From Eledone cirrhosa (Eukaryota), in assembly GCA_964016885.1 (NCBI GenBank), contig OZ024742.1, positions 19,654,001 to 19,718,000 on the forward strand: DNA of 64,000 nt, read 5' to 3'. Numbering within the stretch: the first letter of the stretch is position 1; every line of letters begins with the position of its first letter. The notes under the pieces were generated by a model. It did not search any database and was not told the DNA's origin. It saw only the letters and a program-made list of their open reading frames with translations. Positions 54,802 to 64,000 of the stretch are shown piece by piece. The translations under genes were made by a program, and so were the position numbers.

Positions 54802-57112
54802 CTGTGAAAAATTAAGGTATCAAATAATCAGAAGTGTCAACAAATCTTACAGAAATATTTTTTCTATTTTTCTGGTGCCACAATTGCCCCGGAACCCCAG
54901 CATTGAGGGGTTGGGGGGTGGGGGCCCACAAGTGACGGCTGTAGCAATTTATTTGTGCCCTCAGCTGGTTTTTTTAGTTTTAGGATGGTTAGACATTTTT
55001 AATCTAATACCTGTCTGTATAACTTTTCAATTCCAGTTACTTGCCCCAAGCTAACCTTGATATGTAAATTGGAGGGTTTTCTGTGTATTCTAATGTTTTG
55101 TGTATGAGGGGCCCCCAAACCTGGAGTGTCCTGGGCCTCCTAAGGTCTAAATCCAACCTTGTTTGGATCAGTGGTTAGATGCACAAAAATTGGTGCCTTA
55201 TTTACTTGGGGCTAAAAATATCTGATCCTTTGAATTCTATCTCCAAACGTTTCATCCAACCCATTCCAACATGGTTAAACAGACATAATGATAAAGATAC
55301 TATTTCTTCAGATCTATATATTTGGTAGTGGTGATGGTGGGGTTGATCTATTGTGGTCCTTATGTCTTTTAGAAAGGGGTCAGAGTCTATTTTAATTGTA
55401 ATAACCTCCAGCTATACAACTTAGAGACAGGAGAGCATGGTCGGATTTAATGGTGGGAGGGGAGGGGTTAAAGGAGGCAATTGCCCCAGGCTCCCTGCAG
55501 TTCCACCACTGACGGCCATACCAATTTATTTGTGCCCTCAGCTGGGCTTTTTAGTTTTAGGATGGTTAGATTTCTTGAATTCAATACCTGTATGTATAAC
55601 TTTTCAATTCCAATTAATTGCGCCAAGCTAACTTTGATATGTAAAATTTGGGGGGTTTGCTGTGTATTCTAATTTTTCATGTAAGAGCCCCCCCCCAACG
55701 TGAAGTGCACCGGGCCCTCCAATGTGTAAATCCAACCCTGCAGAAGGACAGAGAAATTCTCTACTATAAAAATTGTGTTGCATTTATTAACATGATGTCT
55801 AATTTAGGTACAAGGCCAGCAATTTCGGAGAGGAGGAAAGTTGATAAAATCAACCTCCGTACTTTACTGGTACTTTATTCTATCGACCCTGGAAGGATAA
55901 AAGGTAAAGTTGAACTCAGCAGGATTTGAACTCAGACCGTAAAGAGTCGGAAAAATATTGCTACTCATTTCATTCACCGCTCTGACAATCCACCGCCATA
56001 CTGCATTTATAATATTTATCATTATTAAATATTGGCAGTATCGGTAGAGGGTCGGATGCCATGTTTTGACGTATAGTTACGGCCCTTGCCTTTATGAGTT
56101 CAAATCCCGCCGAGGTTAACTTTGCCTTTCATCCTCATGGGGTCGATAAAATAAAGTACCAGTAATGCTCTGGTTAATTTGCAGGCCTTGTGCCAAAAGT
56201 AGAAACAATTATTAAATAAAAAAAAGTGATTATATTATGCAAGGTGCAAGGGAGATAATTAGTTTATATATCATATATTTCATAAGCTTCTTGTATGTTG
56301 TGGCATAAAATAGTGATAGAATAGCTAGATTCACACCATTTACCATCATCATCACTATCACTTTTACGTCCCCCTTTTCCATGTTGGCATGGGTTGGACG
56401 AGATTGTTTGAGACAATGTTTTACAGCTGGATGCCTCTATGAAATGTGTACTTATTCCAGAAACTGGGATACACGTGGCACAAACATAAACAATAAGAGC
56501 AATATGTATGGTCCCTGTACTCCTAAAGGAGTTGTTGGGACGCCATATTGACATCCAGCGTTTCTAGGGCATTTTTTTGAAACACCTGATGGTGCCCTTA
56601 TCCTCCAGGTCTGAATGCAGCAGATTTCTTCCAGAGAAGGATTGAATGAATGGAAATGAGAAAGAGATATTGAGAAACAATCGACCCCAGTTTAAGACTG
56701 GTACTTTTTTTTATCGAATTCGAAAGGATGAAAGGCAAAGTTGACCTTGGAGAGCTGGAATGAACACTACAAAGTATTCTATCGAATGTTGTATCGACTC
56801 TGCCAATTCGCTGTCTTATAAGAGGAATATAAAAAAGTCTAAAGTCTGTCTCGAGTCCAGAGGCTTATCTTGGTTTCTGTGGTGTGAAGTGACTGAAAGT
56901 ACAAGACTCCATCTTGGACAAGACGCCAGTCCATCGCAGGGTTAAACCCAAATCTATTGCTAGTACTCATTTTCAGCTGAGTATATGGGAGCAATGTGAA
57001 ATGAAGTGTTTTGCTCAACCCAGCCCAGGAATCAAACCCATGACATTATGATCGTAAGTCGAACACACTTACCACTAGACCACACACATCTACATAAAAG
57101 GAATATACCCAC

Positions 57113-57235
57113 CGTTAATATATGCAAGTCCTTTATCCAGGTCATAAGCAGAAGAATACAGAGTGTCTTGGTAGTAGAAGATGGCATCTGTCACTCCAAA
57201 TTTGTCTGTGTGGTTTAATAGTTTAGAAACAATTC
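57113..57235 (-). CDS. WD40-repeat protein, internal exon
   Basis: ctctttag / gtggg splice sites; GIVSKLLNHTDKFGVTDAIFYYQDTLYSSAYDLDKGLAYIN; phase 1-1. Confidence 0.85.
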
Positions 57236-57267
57236 CTAAAAGAGAAGAAATACCAAATTTTAATGGA

Positions 57268-58330
57268 ATCATCATCATCATCATCGTTTAACGTCCATAT
57301 TCCACGCTTGCATGGGTTTGGACGGGAGTTTTCCCACTTGAGGCAAGAGTGGTTGTCTTGCTCGCATAGGACTGTCTGGCGGGTTTTCTACGGCTGGATG
57401 CCCTTCCTAATACCAACCACATTTACAGTGTGGAACTGGGAGGTTTTTACCGTGTTACCTACACGGCCACATTACAGCGTGGACTGTGTGTTTTTTTTGT
57501 CGTGACACCTACACGACCTCATTTTTGGATGTTGTGGTACCAACATAACTTTACATTGAAAGGGGCGGTGTGGATGGGGTGGGGGTAGTGGGACGGGGGT
57601 GTATTTTGTTAGAGGTGCCTACTGACTGTAGTAGGTTTTACTTTGTATTTAAGTAAGGCGGGTCTTCTCTATTACTGAGTACCGCCAAAGATCTTGGTCC
57701 AGTGACATTGTCTTAGAGAGGTGTAAGTGTGTGATGTCGGAATTTATCAAGTCGTCCCAGGTTTTTCTGGGTCTGCCTACTCCGTGGCTACCGTCTATTT
57801 TTATTGCCCTGCACTTTTTTATACAGCTGTCGTCTTTCATGCGCATCACGTGACCATACCAACGTAGCCTTCTCTCGAGTAAACAACATCTGATCCCTCT
57901 TATTTCTAATTTTTTCCTTAGTTTGTTAATGCTTTGCCGTTCACGTATATTACTATTACACATCCAGCGGAGCATGCAAGCTTCGTTCCTCTCTAGTCTG
58001 CGTATATCCTCTGCACACAATGTCCAGGTCTCACTGCCATGCAACATTGCTGTTCGTATGCAGGCATCATACAGCCTGCCTTTCATTTTTAGGGAGAACC
58101 CTTTAGCGGCTAATAGTGGTATAAGCTCTCTGAACTTTTTCCATCCAGTTCTGACTCTAGCTACTGTACTTTCAGAGCACCCTCCCCCACTGCTGATTTT
58201 GTCACCCAGGTAACGGAATCTGTCCACTATTTCTATAGAACCCTCTGTGCAATTGAAAGAGCTAGTATTTTGTGGGCACTTGCTGCTACTTATTGCACCA
58301 GAGCACCGGCCACATGTAAAATCTATGTTC
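57268..58330 (-). mobile_element. Third 5'-truncated copy of the same RTE family
   Basis: ORF 57649-58227 nearly identical to the C-terminus of the 51078 ORF; same 3' UTR (also solo at 60595-60972). Confidence 0.93.
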
Positions 58331-58584
58331 TTAGTTAGCTTACCTGTGATATATATATCTATATATAAATTTCTGTGATTCTGTCACAACACGTAAAGAG
58401 AGAGGAGTAATTTGACTACTTCATACTACTACTCTCTCTTTACAACAAAAACAGAGTGCTGCTACCACTGTTATGACTACCTCATACTACTCCCCTCTCT
58501 TTACAATAAAAAAAGGGTGCTGCTACCACTGTTGTTATGACTACCCCATACTACTCCTCTCTCTTCCTATATAAATGTATGCAT

Positions 58585-59175
58585 ATGGTGGCTGCCAACT
58601 CGTTTTCGAGTACGGCCACTACTTTATATCCATGTCGGAGAACCCCTCCCGATGCGCTGAACGAGTGTGGCTTTTTAGTCCTGCCAGCAACTTGAAAACT
58701 CTGGTACAAACACGACATTTGTGACAATTATTGACACTTAGTGCTGGGCCCATGGTACCATGTGACCCAAGGTGTCGTGTGAGATCACTACTCGACCTGC
58801 ATACCCCTCCACAAACATCACATGTCATCATCTGATGAACACTTATAGCTCCACAGGTGCCTGCTTCCCTGTTCTTGTGCACTCTCAGGTGACTCTTTAG
58901 AACTGCCATGCTCAGACAAACCCTATTACAGGTCTCACATGTCAGGTCAGGCTGTCTGTCAGTGCCTTCGGGAAGGCCAACATGGATTTCTTTCTGGACA
59001 TCTCTTTTTAGTGTCTCGTGCCTTCTTCTTGTTTCCTCAAATAGACTCTTGCCACTAGCCACTGCTTTCCTCCACTGCGATCGGTCGCTAGTGCATGCTT
59101 CCCAGTGCTCACAAGGCAGAATTCTAGGAGAAGGAAAACTCTGATATAACACCTGCAACTCTGATGGTATCCAAA
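58585..59175 (-). mobile_element. RTE (BovB-like) 3' end with three C2H2 fingers plus inverted 5'-UTR piece
   Basis: WEACTSDRSQWRKAV; CETC..H..H, CDVC..H..H, CRVC..H..H. Confidence 0.85.
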
Positions 59176-59439
59176 TGTATGCATATACACACATATACAC
59201 ATATACGTCAGCGTATGGAAAACAATTCTAGTTGATTAAAATTCTATAGGGAAGAAGAAGAAGAAATGGACTGAAACATACCAACGAGGGAATTCTACGG
59301 TGAGTTTGTAGGAGACAGTACAAAATATAGACTTTGGATTGTGTAGAGACAAATATTGTTTTGTTAAAGGAATGGTCATGATATGTACTTGACTGTTACG
59401 TTGTGTGAGGGAGGGTAGTGGTGGCGGTGTATATTTCAT

Positions 59440-59880
59440 TGTTGATGATGATGGGGATAATAGTAATGATGATGGTGTTGATGATGATGATGGAGATGAT
59501 GATGGGGATGAGTGATGGAACTGATGATGATGATAGCTGATGATGATAATGGTGATGATGATGATTATGGTGAAAACGGAGGTGATAATGATGATGATGA
59601 TATTGGTGGTTATGGCGATAATGGTGGTAATGATGATGGTGATTGTGGTAATAGTGGAGGTGATAATGGTGATGATGATGCTATTGATGGTTTTGGTGAT
59701 TGTGATGGTAATGATTATGATGGTGGTGGTAATGATGATGATAGTGGTGGCAATGATTATGATGATGATAGTGGTGATGATGATGGTGATGGTGATGATG
59801 ATAAAAACACTAATGATGATGGTGGTGATGATGATGACGGAGATGATGATGATAATGTGATAATGATACTAATGACAATG
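59440..59880. repeat. Degenerate (GAT/GGT)n trinucleotide repeat, intronic
   Basis: Low-complexity tract directly after the splice donor at 59896. Confidence 0.9.
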
Positions 59881-59896
59881 AATGCCACCAACTAAC

Positions 59897-60116
59897 CTTT
59901 CTTCCAGTCAACAACTTTAATATTGATGCCGTCATCCCCATAGAAAATCTTCTCATCGACCACATAGAAGGTCCTAATATTGTGCTGGCAGACAGGTGTA
60001 TTGTTGGCAAGACGGAGATCATTTGACTCATACATACACCGTAGTCTTTTCTTCTGCCATTGGTGAACCTTAATTATACCTTCTGAGGAACAACTGTAAA
60101 TGTAGTTATTGGACAC
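59897..60116 (-). CDS. WD40-repeat protein, internal exon
   Basis: attttcag / gttag splice sites; VSNNYIYSCSSEGIIKVHQW...IFYGDDGINIKVVDWKK; phase 0-1. Confidence 0.88.
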
Positions 60117-61120
60117 CTGAAAATAGATGAACATTTTAAACAATTACTGTGTTTAAATCATATAGGACTGTGTCTGTGTGTCTGTATCTATGTGTGTGTG
60201 TGTGTGTGTGGAAGGGGTTGGGTAGGGAGAGAGGGGCAGGTTTGGTTTATTAGACCTGGGGCATTTCAGGTTTGGGGGACCCCTCATACACAAAAATTTA
60301 GAATATACAGCAAACCCTCCAATTTTACATATCAGAGTTAGCTGGGTGTAAGTAATTGGAATTGAAAAGTTATACAAACAGGTATTAAATTCAAAAATTC
60401 TAACCATCCTAAAACTAAAAAGCCCAGCTGAGGGTACAAATAAATTGCTACGGCTGTCACAGGTGGGGTCCACCACTACAGCGGTTTATGGCCCACATTA
60501 AATCCGGCCCTGGTTGTGAGGGTTGTATTTGTGGGTTGCTCATGTTTAATGGGAGGTGCTGTGTAATAATGTTTTGTTTTTCAGTTATGTCAATCATCAT
60601 CATCATCATCATCAGGTTTAGCGTCCGTGTTCCACGCTTGCATGGGTTTGGACGTGGGGTTTTTCCACTTGAGGCAAGAGTGGTTGTCTTGCTCGCATAG
60701 GACTGTCTGGCGGGTTTTCTACAGTTGGATGCCCTTCCTAACACCAACGACATTTACAGTGTGGGGCTGGGAGGTTTTTACCGTGTTGCCTACACGGCCA
60801 CATTACAGCGTGGACTGTCTGGCGGGTTTTCTACAGCTGGATGCCCTTCCTAACACCAACCACATTTACAGTGTGGGGCTGGGAGGTTTTTACCGTGTTG
60901 CCTACACGGCCACATTTACAGCGTGGACTGTGTGTTTTTTGTCGTGACACCTACACGATCTCATTTGTTTCGTCAAGTAAATATCAATCTTTCTATTACC
61001 CAGACTTACTTCACACATTCTCACCCCGCTAACAAGATAAATTTGTACTTGAACATTCCAATAAAAGGTTAGGTAGACTTACCATAAAGATGACAGAGAA
61101 GAGAAGAATCTAAGACTCAC

Positions 61121-61209
61121 CTGAAGTCCTGTGATTGATTCCTCAAAAACGCGGAGAGAATAAATATTATCTGTAGTTGTTATACTCCATAATTCCAGTT
61201 TACCACCAT
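61121..61209 (-). CDS. WD40-repeat protein, internal exon
   Basis: atactag / gtgag splice sites; DGGKLELWSITTTDNIYSLRVFEESITGLQ; phase 1-0. Confidence 0.88.
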
Positions 61210-61499
61210 CTAGTATTAAAACAACATAATACTATATTGTACATTTTATATTATGTGAGATGTCATTGTTATGTTAATGCTATTGCAACATTACAAAGGG
61301 GCTGGGGGTAGATTGGTAAGATTGTCTTGGATGAAAAGCATTGCTCTATTTTGTTAAGGAGCTCAATGTTCAGGTGTCAAAACCTGTCATGGTCAACTTT
61401 GTCTTTCACCTCACCATTCCAAGAGGATAAAATAAAATACCAATAAATGACTGAGGTTGATATTATAATCATCATCCAGTTTTGGATTATGTAGGACAC

Positions 61500-61940
61500 A
61501 ATTAATCCCTAAGTAGGGGTGGGTACTGCCTGACAGTGCTCCTTAGAGTCCCACTCCATGTGTTTCTGTCCACTGGTCTCACTTGGGCGAGGCCAAGCCT
61601 AGCTTGATCCTGACAGACATTCTCCATCCAAGTCCTTTTTGGCCTTCTTGGGCTCTGCTGCCTCATGGATTGACAGTCATCACTTTGCTGATCCAGCCCT
61701 CACTATGCTCGACATAGCCATACCAGTGCATGCCTTTCGTGTGAAACACATTCTTGAGGTCGTCAATCAGCAGGCTTTTCAGGAGCTCATTTGAGCTGAC
61801 ATCATCCTCAGTCGTCACACTGCACATCCTGCAGATCATAGCTCTGTCATTTCTTCTGAGCAAATTCTGACAGTCAGAAGGTCTCACTGGTGTGGAGCAA
61901 CATGCTTCTCACACAGGCATTGTAAATCTGTTCCTTGGCA
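61500..61940 (-). mobile_element. Old RTE 3' remnant
   Basis: LRRNDRAMICRMC, WYGYVEH, PRRPKRTW-like relics. Confidence 0.75.
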
Positions 61941-62032
61941 TCTAATCTACTTAATCTATGCTACAGTCTGTGTGCTAGGTGATTAAATGAGATATAACAG
62001 AAGAAACATCATAAAAAAGCTATATGACTTAC

Positions 62033-62119
62033 CGGAAGCTGTAATAATGAATTCCTCTTCACTGACATAGCACAGTTTTGTTATGGGATTATACGTATAG
62101 ATGGATTTCACCACATGGC
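62033..62119 (-). CDS. WD40-repeat protein, most 5' exon found in window
   Basis: ctgtcag / gtaag splice sites; HVVKSIYTYNPITKLCYVSEEEFIITAS; phase 1-1. Confidence 0.85.
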
Positions 62120-63042
62120 CTGACAGATAGTAAAATATAACAATATTTTAGTAAATAGGAAAATAATGTGCTGTGGGCAGATAGAGTTAAGTATCTCGTT
62201 CAAGGATAGTAATTACAGACTTATTTACAGATAGTCTTCTATATACATTTGTCCATCTTTCCAACAACAACCCCAAGCACCTTTTTGAATTTCATATGTC
62301 TAACACTTGTGGATATCATCATCATTATCGTTTAACATTCATTTCCCACGCTAGTATGGGTAGGACAGCCTGTCTCTTTATGAGAGATCAGGTTGGTGGA
62401 CTGTGTTTCGCTTACACAGAACATGCTTACACAATCAGAAAACAGTACAGCTCTCATGACTTTCAGAAACATCTTTTCCCACTCAGAGTTGCTGAAGCAT
62501 AAAACAAACTACCTGCATCAGTTGTTAGCTGTCAGGACACTGAATCCTACAAAACATCCATGCTTTCTGATATTTGCCAACATTACACATGATATTTCCC
62601 TTTCATACACATGTACACATGTATATCTGTGTGTATACCATGACTTATACACTGTTCAGTTTCCTGATATTTGTACATTCTATGTACTATACATGCACCC
62701 TTGATGAGTTGTAGTGCACCTGAGCACTGTACAGAATAATTATCATTATTATCATTATTTATTTATTTAGACACACCATTAATGTAATATTTTGTGGTAT
62801 TTGTTCTGACTGTCTGTGTACTGAGTTCAGACAACACGAGATCAACTTTGCTTTTTATTCTTTCAAGGTTGATAAAAAAGTACCAGTCAAGTACTGCGGT
62901 TGATTCTTCCTCTATGTCACTTTTTCACTTTCTTTCTCTCTTCCCATTAACTATCAGTGTGAACACCAATCAAGTCTACACAACTTTATGGAATAAAAAT
63001 ATTTAAAATACCTCACAATTGAGAAATAATAGTCTAGTTCCA

Positions 63043-63104
<62 letters not shown>

Positions 63105-63213
63105 TAGGGTATATATATAAGTATGGTACATATATATAATTTTGGTACCAGGAAAAGCTGAAAGAACTAGGCAGGAAAAATTGGTCGAAAGGAGAAATCT
63201 ATTGAGTGTTCTT

Positions 63214-63284
<71 letters not shown>

Positions 63285-64000
63285 GATTTTTCTTTGCTGA
63301 GCATAAAAAATATTAACGATTATTTAAAAAAAAAATCTAACAAAAACTAGAAAAAATTAGGAGATTAATGGAATATTTAGAAAAGATGCCAACTAATAGA
63401 GACATTTATGGGAGGTAACTCATGTCCAAGGGAAATAACTATGGATTTTTATACTTCAATCGACTGAAATAATTTAAATGTTATACAGTTTTATATCAAA
63501 ATTACAATAGACAATGATCTTTTATTGAGATAATTGAGTGAGACATAGTGGAAACCCTTATTATCATCATGGATAATGTTATCAAAATATGTGGGGGCTC
63601 AATCAGGCTCAGGATATGGTTATATGCACTGCTTAATGTTATGAATTGGTTACTAGGGATGCAGCATGGACAAATAATTAATGTTCGGCAGTGGTTAACC
63701 CCTCATCTAGGATACCACATGTAGCAGCACTTTCTAACAAGACCTACTGGAAGGAGTGTTTGAGGAATTTGCCCCCACGACTCTCTCAGGAATAAATGGG
63801 CGAAGAAGAAGCTTTGTCTCACAATGTGTTACATTGGATTTCACTGAGAATTACGTTCAGGGTACATGTCTTTGAAGAATGTTCTTAATTAACTTTCAAC
63901 ATGAGCACGAACATATGCAAATTAGTTTGTCCATTATGAGATAGAATATATAAGCCTCTCTGTTATGTATTTCCATGTTGTTGTTTAGATGTTATACATA

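Noticed and set aside
59512-59895. Asp/Gly-rich 127-aa ORF
   Set aside because: Degenerate GAT repeat in an intron of the opposite-strand gene; no splice or start support
62440-62550. Possible further WD40 exon after a tttgtag acceptor
   Set aside because: Stops in all three frames

Overview
AT-rich, microsatellite-dense animal genomic DNA. The repeat content (Meta/Deu-type SINEs, RTE and Penelope families, long (TA)n/(CA)n/(TATG)n tracts) fits a mollusc, probably an octopus-like cephalopod (inference). One host gene is visible: six 3' exons (minus strand, 62119 to 49979) of a WD40-repeat protein ending in an acidic tail and a CaaX-like CHIL* terminus. Most of the rest is mobile DNA: tandem Tx1/L1-clade retrotransposons (one nearly full length), an R4/Dong-type RLE retrotransposon, several RTE families (including a ~1.2 kb-arm head-to-head pair), an internally deleted mariner, five non-autonomous Helitrons, MITEs, SINE clusters and three Penelope-like elements (PLEs) with inverted pseudo-LTRs. 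There is also a 5.5 kb 77/81-bp satellite. The strongest hidden signal is about a dozen type I hammerhead ribozyme (HHR) motifs, seven with intact cores and stem I pairing, from several unrelated PLE-type families. Many sit in tiny non-coding fold-back elements lodged in (TA)n tracts. All coordinates were read by eye and may be off by a few bases.
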